NCBI GenBank assembly: GCA_050084985.1
Contig: JBITNC010000001.1
Span: 159,960,001-160,024,000 of the forward strand
Length of the DNA stretch: 64,000 nucleotides
Direction: 5' to 3'
Source: Nageia nagi
Taxonomy: Eukaryota > Plantae > Pinophyta
The notes under the pieces were generated by a model. It did not search any database, had not been told where the DNA came from, and worked only from the letters and a program-made list of their open reading frames with translations. This document shows, in pieces, positions 12,028 through 22,363 of the stretch. Made by a program: the position numbers and the translations under genes. The first letter of the stretch is position 1; the number at the start of each line of letters is the position of its first letter.

Positions 12028-14040
12028 TTGGTAAAAGCTAAAGATGAGCTAGAGGAATTGCTAAAAGAAGACAATGATTACAATGAGGCAGTTGCATATG
12101 AAACAGAGTTGGTTTCCCCAACTTTCAACCCAAAGACCCAGCCTACAGAAACACCAAAGCATAGCATAAATGCTGTAAAACATTCATATTCTCCTGTATG
12201 TACAATGACAATAAAAATTGATGGCTTTAAAGCATATAATCTTAATGCTTTGATTGATACAGGAAGAGAATGCAGTTTGGCCAGGAAAAATGGAATTCCA
12301 AATGACTTGTGGTGTGCAAATAAGGTAGGACTTACCTTTAATTCTAAAAAATCTGTATCTAGCCTTTCTGCTAAAGTCCCTTTTTTAATAAGAGATAAAG
12401 TAGTAGTTTTTAAGCTAGTACAACATGAAATGAAGAGTTATGATTTGATGATTGGATATGACAAATTGAGAAAACTTAGAGCCTTCAATATAACAGAAAA
12501 CAACTACTTGAGTTTAAAGGATGTTAAGCTTCCTATAAAAAGTTTTTATGAATATGTTATTCCTGTATGGTCTCCTCAGGCTAAAATCAAAAAGATAGAT
12601 TGGATATCTAAGTCCATCAATTTAAACTCTTCTAATCTTAATGAGATCATTGAAAAAATCAAAAGTAATCTATGCTCAAAAGATCCCACAACATTCAGGC
12701 ACAGAAAGGTTCATGAGTGTGGTATAGAACTCAAGCTTGTCGAACAAGAAGGCACGATAGTTGAACCTAAGTTCAAAGCACACCATATTGGGTTAAGTCC
12801 TTCACTCGGAAAAGAATGCGATGCAGAAATCACTAAGCTACTACAAAAAGGATTAATTGAAAAATCCAATTCTGCATGGGCTTGTGCTGCCTTTTATGTG
12901 AACAAAAGATCTGAATAGGTAAGAGGCAAAAAAAGACTAGTTATAAATTATAAACCCCTGAACAAGTATGTTGTTCCAATCCAGCATCCAATTCCATCAA
13001 AACATGAACTTTTAAGAAGAGTAGAAAATACTACAGTCTTTTCTAAGTTTGATTTAAAATCAGGATTCTGGCAAATAAGTGTGAAAGCCTTTGACAGACC
13101 TAAAACTGCATTTGTAGTACCAGGAGGACACTATCAGTGGACAATTCTTCCATTTCGATTAAAAAATGCACCTTCTATTTTTCAAAAGGTTATGGATGGA
13201 ATTTTTCATCCCTATAGTACATTTATTTGTGTATATATAGATGACATTCTAGTTTTCAGCAAGGATGTGAAGCAGCATATCAAACATTTACAACAATTTC
13301 ATCAGATCTGTTTTGATCAAGGTTTGGTATTATCTAAAAAGAAAAGTATTTTTTGTAAAGAAGAAGTTGAGTCCTTAGGGTTACATATTAAAGCAGGACA
13401 AGTTCAATTACAAAACCATATCTTTGAAAAAATCAAGAATTTTCCTGATGAAATCCTTATAGTTAACCAGTTACAAAGATTTCTTGGTTTTGTCAATTAT
13501 GTTTCTAGTTATTATCAGGCAATTGTTGCTGACAGAAAATTGGTAAATACTCGACTGAAGAAAAATGCTCCTAAATGGAATTCTAAAATGACTGCAGCTG
13601 TTCAAAGAATAAAGGCAAAATGCTCCAAACTTCCTCCTATGTCTTTACCTGTTTCCGGAGTAAAAATCATTGAAACAGATGCTAGTGATAAGTTTTGGAG
13701 AGCTGTATTAAAAGAACAAACTCCTACAGGTGAAAAACTTTGCAGATATTCTTCAGAAAGTTTTTCTGGTGCCCAACTAAATTATCCTTCATCCCATAAA
13801 AAAATTTTGGCAGCCATGAAAGCTATTAGAGTTTTTCAGTTTTTTGCACAGTCAGAAAAGTTTATACTCAGATCTGACTTAAATAATATGAAAAGCTTTT
13901 TGCAGAAAAAATTTGACAAGGCATCTGATAGCAACCAAATGCTAAGATGGAGTCTCTGGTTTGATGATTATAATATCAAGTTTGAACATGTTCCTGGAGT
14001 AAAAAATTCTGTAGCAGATGTTCTCACTCATGAATATCAA
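12028..14040 (+). pseudogene. Viral aspartic protease - reverse transcriptase - RNase H
   Basis: ALIDTG; SAWACAAFYV..RSE*VRGKKRLVINYKPLN; FSKFDLKSGFWQI; LKNAPSIFQ; VYIDDILVFS; IETDASD; GVKNSVADVLT. One frame with a single TAG at 12916. Confidence 0.95.
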
Positions 14041-14769
14041 ATCAATATGGTAAAACCATGGCATGCAGAGTGGATGGTTGTAAGTACTCTTCCTAAACTC
14101 TTTAATGTTGACTCTAGAAATCCTACATCCTGGTATACCCATGAATTATTCACTGAACAAAAAATTTCTATTCCTCTACCAGATGGTGGAGTTATTAATG
14201 TACCAGGAACATATCACATTCATACTAACATTGTAAATCATGCTATGCGATCAAGAGCTCTGTTATGTCATCTGAGCGATATTTATTGTCATCATTATTG
14301 GCATAATATTGGTGAAGAACACTTTATTGGAAGGACAACTATTTTCATAAACCGCATAAGAGGAATTCATCAATGGCCTACTCAAAATCCAAATCTTGAA
14401 GTCCGAATCAGCTAATTTAAACTCACCTATGAACAATATAAGGGGCATTTCTTTACTTTGCTGGGCTTTCAAAATTCTATTTTAACTCATAATTATTTTG
14501 TTGGTTTAGGCCACAATCTAAGAGAAAATTCTGAAGAAATCCCTGACTGGTTTGAAGAATGGTTTATGAAATTTGATTTATAGATTGAATAGTGTTCTCC
14601 AGAATATCATGACTTGATATCTCATGAACATTTCAATGTCATGATAGATTCCCATGCCACTTGGCTCCTAAGATGGAAGTGGATTATTGAACAAAAAATT
14701 GTCAATGACGGATCTCTTACTGAAGTCCTTTCCAGAGAAATTGAAACAAAGTGGTATCCAATGCATTAA
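14041..14769 (+). pseudogene. C-terminal viral domain resembling Florendovirus ORF2, in frame with RNase H
   Basis: The same frame reads through three stops: ...TYEQYKGHFFTLLGFQN..HNYF..IPDWFEEWFMKF...WLLRWKW...LSREIETKWYPMH*. From memory this matches the FQN/HSW/PxWFxxWW/VKWW pattern of florendovirus ORF2. Confidence 0.6.
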
Positions 14770-15021
14770 AGCATGGTGGGCCCTTAACCCACTTTAAACA
14801 ATATTGGCGGACAATCTAACTCGATTATGATTAGATCGGGAGTGTCTGTAATAGCATCCTTATCCATTCGAGGTGTGAATGGAATAACTTTCTATCCACT
14901 TGGTATGTAAGTGGAATACTTTGTCATATCAAATTACTGTACAAAATATGATATAGCATTAATGTCTAGATTTAGATCTGAAGCATCTTTGTTGTAAATC
15001 GTTGATGAACTTTTGAGCCCT

Positions 15022-15028
15022 TATAAAT
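15022..15028 (+). promoter_or_regulatory. TATA box of the viral pregenomic RNA promoter
   Basis: CCCTTATAAATAGAG in the intergenic region after the polyprotein stop. Confidence 0.7.
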
Positions 15029-15089
15029 AGAGACTTTGGCTTATGAGTGAATCAATCGGAATGATAAAAAAATAGAGTCTAAATGAGAT

Positions 15090-15102
15090 TGGTATCAGAG
15101 CC
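15090..15102 (+). other. Viral minus-strand primer-binding site (tRNA-iMet)
   Basis: TGGTATCAGAGCC. Confidence 0.93.
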
Positions 15103-15470
15103 AGGTTTGATAGGATTTTGCTTGAAAGCCTACTGTGACGAATTGCTTTTCAGAGAGATATCACAGTACACAATGCTTGCAGATTTAGATTTATGCTTTA
15201 AGAGTCGACGCTAAGTCGATATTCGGGGTTCCAGTCCCTTAATATTCTCGATCAATCCTCTGTAAAATATTTGTTATATCAATAAAAGAATTTTCTGTTA
15301 TCCAATTTCTCTGTGTTTGAAATTGATTTCTTCTTTCAGCATACTATTGAATTCCTAAACAATCTTCTCTCAGAAGTAGTCTAATTCCAATTAGTTCCCG
15401 CTTTGAAGCCAACGGACAAGCGTATAGGAAAGTGGTAGCCAAAAATGAGCGACGTGAGTCTCAAGTTCAA

Positions 15471-16393
15471 ATGGCACACGAAATTAGTACATCTTCAAAC
15501 ACCGAAGCTGGTATGGATTTCACAAATTCTTTTACAAATCTAAGTAGCACTATTACAAATGAAGCAGAAATACTAATAGATGAAAGAGAGCCTTTACCTG
15601 AATGGTCATTACTTGTTGCTTCAGTACGGGATGTCTATAGTGGTCTGTCTGTTTTTCATTTACGCGCAAAATCTTTCATTCACTGTAAAGAACAAATTAT
15701 GCATGTCTCTCAGAATAGTAATAGTTAGCATTTTGTTTCTGTCTTAGTAGATAAAATCCGAAATATACAAAAAAGGTTTCCAGAGTTAAAGTTCTTACAT
15801 CTAGGTATGTTGCAAGTCGGGATTACCCCGCTAACTAGAAAAGGATTGCAAACATCTTGTGTTGCTTGTGTCTTTGACTGCAAACACAATAACTTTTCAA
15901 ATAACCTGATTGGTGCTATAAGCACATCTCTGCATGGTGGTCCAAAAACATTACAAGTCTACCCAAATTATCCTGTCTTTATCAATAACCCTCGTTTAGA
16001 CAAGGTTTTAAAAGTTTGTTCATACTCATAGTTTTGATATGAAACCTAGTACTACCCACCTAGCTATACATACCAGAGTTATGTATAGATTCACCAATAC
16101 TTGAAAACCCGCAGTCAAGCATGGTGTGTTAAAAAGTAGTTCTGTTGTTTTAGAAACCGACCCAAAAAACCAAAAAATTTAACCACAAGTTATCCAATGG
16201 AAAGATGTCCAAATTCCTCGACAGTGGACATTGGATATAGAATTCCTTAGTGAACCTAGTAAACAGCTTGTTCCAAAAATCTCTGTTACAAAGGATAAAG
16301 CTGTTATAAGTTTAGAATCTAATAAGGCATCTAGTAGTTGTAGATTTATTGAATCTTCGACTGCAAAATTAAAAGAAAAAGACTTTCTTGAAG
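15471..16393 (+). pseudogene. Viral 30K-superfamily movement protein (N-terminus of the polyprotein)
   Basis: FLHLGMLQVGITPLTRKG...VFDCKH..F..NLIGAISTSLHGGP...YPNY, FDMKP...RVMYRF, IQWKDVQIPRQW. Continues into KQLVPKISVTK, the sequence that also begins the insert. Confidence 0.9.
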
Positions 16394-16729
16394 TAGGTGC
16401 ATGATTAAGTCATTAAAACATTGGTGCATCAACATGAAGAATTAAATCCATAGCTCTACTATTTAAAATGGAATAACCTACTACCATATGGTGCTTCTAA
16501 ATTTTAGTGTCACTTATTAAAACGCCCTTCTATTTCATGGTCCCTTAATTTCATAATTAATAGTGGGCTTCTTCATTAATTATTCAAATATAACTCGGGC
16601 CAAGATCAATTCAGGATAAGCAACTAGAATGCAGCCAATCGAAGGAGATAAGGAGCAAATAACGATGAAGCAAATGACAAATTTTAGAAAAAAACCTAAT
16701 GTGGCTCAGAACCATAAGGTAAGACCATC

Positions 16730-19700
16730 TGATACATAAACTATAGGATTAAAAATTTCAATTTAACCTTGCCAAATGGATCATTTCACACTTAAAATAA
16801 TTAAGTGCTTGTAAAGGGAATTCAGGAAATAAATTGTAAACACAGAGAAGAGCAAAAGCATTCACCAAAAAAGAGACAAGCAAGATTTATCATGGTTCAC
16901 CCAATGTGGGCTACATCCAGCTCAAAAGCTCTCTACTATCAATGGGGAGAATCACTTTACAAGCCTCCTTGGTCCTTCTAAACCTCCTCTCACATTCACA
17001 AAACAATCCCAGCTTTGAAAATCACAACAAAACTGAAACACTTCCCAAAATTCTCCTTCCTCCTCTTCTGTCCAATTTGCTCCCCTTTTATACAATTTTT
17101 GAGAGCTAAAATTGGAGAGAATTACAACTAGAAAATCTGGAAAAAAAATACATTTTTAAATACCCATTATCCTCCTTGATCTTCCTGCCAAATTTGGGCT
17201 CAATTGGTTGCACAAATCTTCCAAAAACGAGCTCTGAAACTGAAAAACACGCTCTCTGGACTGTTACAGGCTTACTGGATAAACTCAGCCCAAAAATAGG
17301 ACCTTAGGCGAATCAAAAATCGCAACAAAAACCTTAGAAATGCCAAAATATGTTAAATAAATCCAAAACTGGGCGGGTGCGCTATGGTGGCGACACGTGG
17401 CGCGTTTTGGGACAAAGTCAAACGGTCAAACGGTCAACAAGCTTGCTGACTGGGCGGCTAGCTGACTGGTCACGTTGGTAGGTGGCGCGCGCAGACGGCT
17501 GGCTTGGCAGTCAACCAGTCAAATGGTCCTCCGCCTACGTGGTCCGGACGTGGCAAGTGGTGGCAGGCATGGGGTCCACGGTGGCGGGTGGGTCCCGCCA
17601 TTTGATTTTTTTAATTTTTTTTTTTTTTTTCAAAAAAATTACACAAATGGACTTAAGGCCATATCTTTCACATACGGACTCGGATTCTCGATCCGAAAGA
17701 AGCGTCGGAAAGCTGAAGACAAGACGAACATAATGAACACATTGAAATAGAGATTACTAAATGTTGAAAGGATCCAAATTTTCGGATCATTCCTCCCCAC
17801 TGAGAGAGAGCTTTTGTCCCCAAAAGCATTTAGGATGATGGAATGAGGTGAGGGTAGAGCTCCCTCACCCGATCAACTGCATACCACTTGGCCTTGTGTG
17901 GATGTTGGCCCTTCACTCCAATATGCCACACCTCACATATGCCACTACGAGATGATCGTTGCTTCTTTTCCAATACTGCATCCTCAACCAACACGTTCAT
18001 GTGCTCAGGGGCTAAATCCTCAACTGACGGACATGACATCTGTATCTTCTGCAACTAAGGCTGGTTCATACAACTTCAAGTTTTCAACATTAATAACAGA
18101 ATATATTTGCATATAAGATGGTAAGTCTAACCAAAATGCATTGTCCCCAACTTGACCAATAATGGTAAATGGACCATACCTTATGGGTTTCAACTTACTT
18201 CCCTTACCATGCTGTCTCTCCTTGCTGAGATGAAGCCATACTTGATCCCCAACCTGAAATTTATGATCCATATGATGACGATCATGCTTCTCTTATACCT
18301 GGATACATTTTCTTGCATTTTAGGCCAATAACAATACTTTTGTAGATTAGCAAGAGTTTTACCAACACCAAAGTGTCCTAAAATACGAGAAGTATGAGCT
18401 TCCCTAATCAAATCATTCCTCTCACCATTAGGAATACAAAGTTTGCCCAAATGAAAAAGTAATCCATCATGCAAATGAAAGTCATAATTTCCAACCTCAT
18501 TACCAAGACTCAATCTTTGATAGACATTTTGGAAATCAGAATCAACCACATATTGTTCTTTATACCCGTCATGCATCAAAGAACTATTTTGCAGAATCAC
18601 AGCATTAGCATCTATTGGCGGCCTAGACAACATATCAGCAATTTTATTTTGAGTACCCTTCTTATACTTAATCACCAAATGAAATTGTTGCAAAAATCCC
18701 ATCCAACGAAAGTGCATAGATTGTTGCAACTTAGATTGTGATTGAAGATATTGCAAGGGTTGATGGTCTGTATGTATTATTGTCTCTTTACCTACCAAAT
18801 AGTGCTTCCATTTTTTAACACTTTGCCAAGTTCCATCTTTCTTTGGAATTATAACAATAGGAGATCCACGTGGTGATGTGCTAGGTATAATGACTCTTGG
18901 ATCTAACAATTCCTTGACTTGTTTCTTAATTTCTTCATTTTTCAAAATAGAATTTCTATACAAGCCAATATTAGGAAGTGCAACATCAGGATGTAATTGA
19001 ATCTCATGTTGTATATCTCTTTTAGGTGGAAGTTCTTTAGGTACTTGAAATAAATCTTCACATTCAGAAATTACCTCTTTAACTTCTTCTTTGTATTGTG
19101 GTTCACAATCATCAAGTGCCTTTATGATTTCCACTTCATCTTGAGATTTCACCATTGCAAGTATAAACATTTGTCCATTGATTAGTTTCTTTGTTTGTCC
19201 TGCAGTAATCAAAGAAATATCCTTTTTCTTGCTTTGATGAGCACTAACCATGTATTCAATTCCATCTTTAATGAGTCTATATTTGTTTTCCTTTCTATAG
19301 AATAAAGCATTTCTTTCCCATAGATAAGGACTACCAAGCACAATCCCACAAATATCCAAAGGACCAACATCAAGTAAAACTTCATCAATGTAATCCCTGT
19401 TAATCCCAAATTGCAACTTGCATTGTTGTGTTACTTTCAACTTTGAATTGTTATTAACCCATCCCAATGGATATGGGTTTGGATGGGGTTGAGTAGTGAG
19501 TGCAAGTGATTTGACATACTTTTCTGCAATCAAATTAGCTTGAGATCCAGAATCAAACAATGTATCAATCCTAGTCCTCTTGGCTTGCACCTTGATGTGA
19601 AAAAGTTCAATTTTCTTCTTTTCCTCATCTTCATTAGGTGTATTATGCAAAGCCATACATGTCATTTTCTCATCTACATCTGAACCATCTTCAATTTCAC

Positions 19701-21860
19701 AAGTAACAGTATTTGTTTGCTTTCTTTGACTTTTAGGTTTAGGGCGTAATTCAGGATGCAATTTCCAACATTTAGCCTCTAAATGACCTTCTTTTTGACA
19801 ATGTGCACATACATCTTTAGACTTTTGTGTAGTGGACATAGTTTTCTTTTTCCCCTTTCCATTATCATTATGACTATTTTTATTGAAAGCATTGTTCTTT
19901 TTACCATCCTTAACAAATTTTCCCCTTTCTTCTAAGTGAGTGGCTTGTACACAAACTTTATCCAAATCATTTGGATCAAACATCAATATTGTATGCCTTA
20001 AATAATTGTGCAAACCACCAATATACTTAAGAAGAGTATCTTGGGAATCAAGAGGAATACCTAGCATTGTAGCTCTTCTTCGAAATTCCGTAGTGTACTC
20101 TTGCACACTTTGCCCTTTGCCTTGACGAAAAGTTTGCCAATCCATGATTGCCTTTTGCCGATAACCCAAAGGATAAAATTGATTTCTAAGCAATTGTACA
20201 AAATAAGTCCAAGAAGCATTACAAGCTTGAATAGATTCATTCTTACTTTGTAAACAACATTCCCACCAAACAAGTGCATTACCACTCATTTTAAGAGTTG
20301 CTAATTGGATTTTATCCTCATCTCTTACAATTCTTTGAATTCTACAATATACTTCAATTTGTTTAATCCAATGGTCTAATTTCTCAGCATTTACTTCTCC
20401 AATAAAAGTAGGCAAATCAAATTTAACTTCCAATTTCAAAGGAGAACTTTGAAAAACACTATGTGTAACACCATTGTCAATTTTATTATATTCACTAGTT
20501 TCACCTTCATTTTTCTTGTATTGTTGTTCTTGAAAATGTTTGAATTGTAAAGACATTTGTTGGAACATTGTGGCAAGATCAGCAATTTGCTTCTCCACAT
20601 TAGACCCTCCTTCATTGGCCATGGCTCCAAGCTCTCTTTGCTTCTTTAGCCAAACTCTAGAACCAATTTCTAGATCCTTCTCCACAAATTCTCCTTCTCC
20701 TTTCTTGCTTTGTGACCTGGTATACATGCAAGAACACTTTCCAAACACCAACAACAATCTCAAAAATAGAGGTTATCCCAATGATTCAACTTGCTCTGAT
20801 ACCAAACTTGATCCATAAACTATAAGATTAAAAATTTCAATTTAATCTTTTCAAATGGATCATTTCACACTTAAAATAATTAAGTGCTTGTAAAGGGAAT
20901 TCAGGAAATAAATTGTAAACACAGAGAAGAGCAAAAGCATTCACCAAAGAAGAGACAAGCAAGATTTATCCTGGTTCACCCAATGTGGGCTACATCCAGC
21001 TCAAAAGCTCTCTACTATCAATGGGGAGAATCACTTTACAAGGCCTCCTTGGTCCTTCTAAACCTCCTCTCACATTCACAAAACAATCCCAGCTCTGAAA
21101 ATCACAACAAAACTGAAACACTTCCTGAAATTCTCCTTCCTCCTCTTCTATCCAATTTGCTCCCCTTTTATACAATTTTTGAAAGCTAAAATTGGAGAGA
21201 ATTACAACTAGAAAATCTGGAAAAAAAAATACATTTTTAGATACCCATTATCCTCCTTGATCTTCCTGCTAAATTTGGGCTCAATTGGTTGCACAAATCT
21301 TCCAAAAACGAGCTCTGAAACTGAAAAACACGCTCTCTGGATTGTTACAGGCTTACTGGATAAACTCAGCCCAAAAATAGGACCTTAGGCGAATCAAAAA
21401 TCGCAACAAAAACCTTAGAAATGCCAAAATACGTTAAATAAATCCAAAACTAGGCGGGTGCGCTGTGGTGGCAACACGTGGCGCATTCTGGGACAAAGTC
21501 AAACGGTCAACAGGCTTGCTGACTGGGCGGCTAGCTGACTGGTCACGTTGGTAGGTGGCACACGCGGATGGCTGGCTTGGCAGTCAACCGGTCAAACGGT
21601 CCTCCGCCTACGTGGTCCGAACGTGGCAGGCGGTGGCAGGCACGGGGCCCACGGTGGCGGGTGGGTCCCGCCATTTGATTTTTTTAAATTTTTTTTTTTT
21701 TTTTTTAAATTACACAAATGGACTTAAGGCCATATCTTTCACATACGGACTCGGATTCTCGATCCGAAAGAAGCGTCGGAAAGCTGAAGACAAAACGAAC
21801 ATAATGAATACATTGAAATAGAGATTACTAAATGTTGAAAGGATCCAAATTTTCGGATCA
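16730..21860 (-). mobile_element. Internally deleted Ty3/gypsy LTR retrotransposon
   Basis: LTRs 16730-17789 and 20809-21860 (~1.06 kb, about 3% diverged by eye). PBS 20793-20804, PPT at 17790. Perfect TSD CCATC at 16725-16729 and 21861-21865. Confidence 0.95.
18190..20763 (-). CDS. Gag - zinc knuckle - protease fused to RNase H C-terminus and integrase N-terminus (RT and integrase core missing)
   Basis: CAHCQKEGHLEAKC; LFDSGSQ; PIVIIPKKDGTW joined directly to QSVKKWKHYL..TDHQPL; H...GHFG..WPKM. GPF-type integrase tail follows in another frame (18020-18271). Confidence 0.9.
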   Translation of the reverse strand: MRLLLVFGKCSCMYTRSQSKKGEGEFVEKDLEIGSRVWLKKQRELGAMANEGGSNVEKQIADLATMFQQMSLQFKHFQEQQYKKNEGETSEYNKIDNGVTHSVFQSSPLKLEVKFDLPTFIGEVNAEKLDHWIKQIEVYCRIQRIVRDEDKIQLATLKMSGNALVWWECCLQSKNESIQACNASWTYFVQLLRNQFYPLGYRQKAIMDWQTFRQGKGQSVQEYTTEFRRRATMLGIPLDSQDTLLKYIGGLHNYLRHTILMFDPNDLDKVCVQATHLEERGKFVKDGKKNNAFNKNSHNDNGKGKKKTMSTTQKSKDVCAHCQKEGHLEAKCWKLHPELRPKPKSQRKQTNTVTCEIEDGSDVDEKMTCMALHNTPNEDEEKKKIELFHIKVQAKRTRIDTLFDSGSQANLIAEKYVKSLALTTQPHPNPYPLGWVNNNSKLKVTQQCKLQFGINRDYIDEVLLDVGPLDICGIVLGSPYLWERNALFYRKENKYRLIKDGIEYMVSAHQSKKKDISLITAGQTKKLINGQMFILAMVKSQDEVEIIKALDDCEPQYKEEVKEVISECEDLFQVPKELPPKRDIQHEIQLHPDVALPNIGLYRNSILKNEEIKKQVKELLDPRVIIPSTSPRGSPIVIIPKKDGTWQSVKKWKHYLVGKETIIHTDHQPLQYLQSQSKLQQSMHFRWMGFLQQFHLVIKYKKGTQNKIADMLSRPPIDANAVILQNSSLMHDGYKEQYVVDSDFQNVYQRLSLGNEVGNYDFHLHDGLLFHLGKLCIPNGERNDLIREAHTSRILGHFGVGKTLANLQKYCYWPKMQENVSRYKRSMIVIIWIINFRLGIKYGFISARRDSMVREVS

Positions 21861-21960
21861 CCATCTCACCAAGAAGTAAGAGAGGAGATAAATGAAGACA
21901 TAGCAAATGGTTCTCAATGGACTTTTGACAATTCTGGGCACCTCCTTGGCCTAAGTAAAG

Positions 21961-22126
21961 GTTTCTTAAAAGGGTAGAAATGTAAACGGGATGCAAGCAA
22001 GCTACATTTTGGAGACTTTTTGAGTATCGTTGGATTGTAAAACTCGTTTCTTAGAAAGGTAGAAGCGTGAATGGGATGCAAGCAAGCTGCGTTTGGGAGA
22101 CTTTTTGAGTATCATTGGATCGTAAA
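21961..22126 (+). repeat. Two ~80-bp direct repeats in the LINE 3' UTR
   Basis: GTTTCTTA..AGGTAGAA..GGGATGCAAGCAAGCT..GGAGACTTTTTGAGTATC..GTAAA occurs twice. Confidence 0.8.
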
Positions 22127-22363
22127 TAGTAGTATATGTATTTTAGAATTATATTTTGACTACCTCCAGGTATAGTTGGTTAGCAGGTTGGTGATATGTG
22201 ATCTATTGTGAACAGTTGAAGCTTTTTGTGATAGGTTTTGGGATCCTGTTAAAAAACTCATCGTATTTTTAATAAAATAATATACCTATTATAGAAAAAA
22301 AAAACTATTCAAATATAACTTGGGAAGATTTTAGTAGGTTCTCTCCTTAGTTATCAAGCTATT

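Larger units (their letters stand above)
9725..16393 (+). mobile_element. Endogenous caulimovirid (pararetrovirus): complete circularly permuted genome, 6537-bp unit plus 132-bp terminal redundancy
   Basis: MP, CP, AP, RT and RH domains; tRNA-Met PBS; no LTR and no integrase. 9725-9856 is repeated at 16262-16393. Flanked by TAGATGCATGATTAA (9709-9723) and TAGGTGCATGATTAA (16394-16408). Confidence 0.95.
16596..22302 (+). mobile_element. 5'-truncated LINE (~0.57 kb, 3' end only), split by the gypsy insertion
   Basis: ORF tail ...KWFSMDF*QFWAPPWPK*, then 3' UTR, AATAAA and A-tail at 22295-22302. ~18-bp TSD AA(T/C)TATTCAAATATAACT at 16578-16595 and 22303-22320. Absent from the paralogous site at ~27120. 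Confidence 0.8.

Noticed and set aside
9725-16393. Reading the 132-bp terminal repeats as LTRs of a gypsy element
   Set aside because: They are coding sequence without TG..CA ends, the PBS is internal, there is an MP and there is no integrase
16906-17750. Duplicated small ORFs (also at 20884-21821)
   Set aside because: They simply reflect the two LTR copies; frames differ by indels
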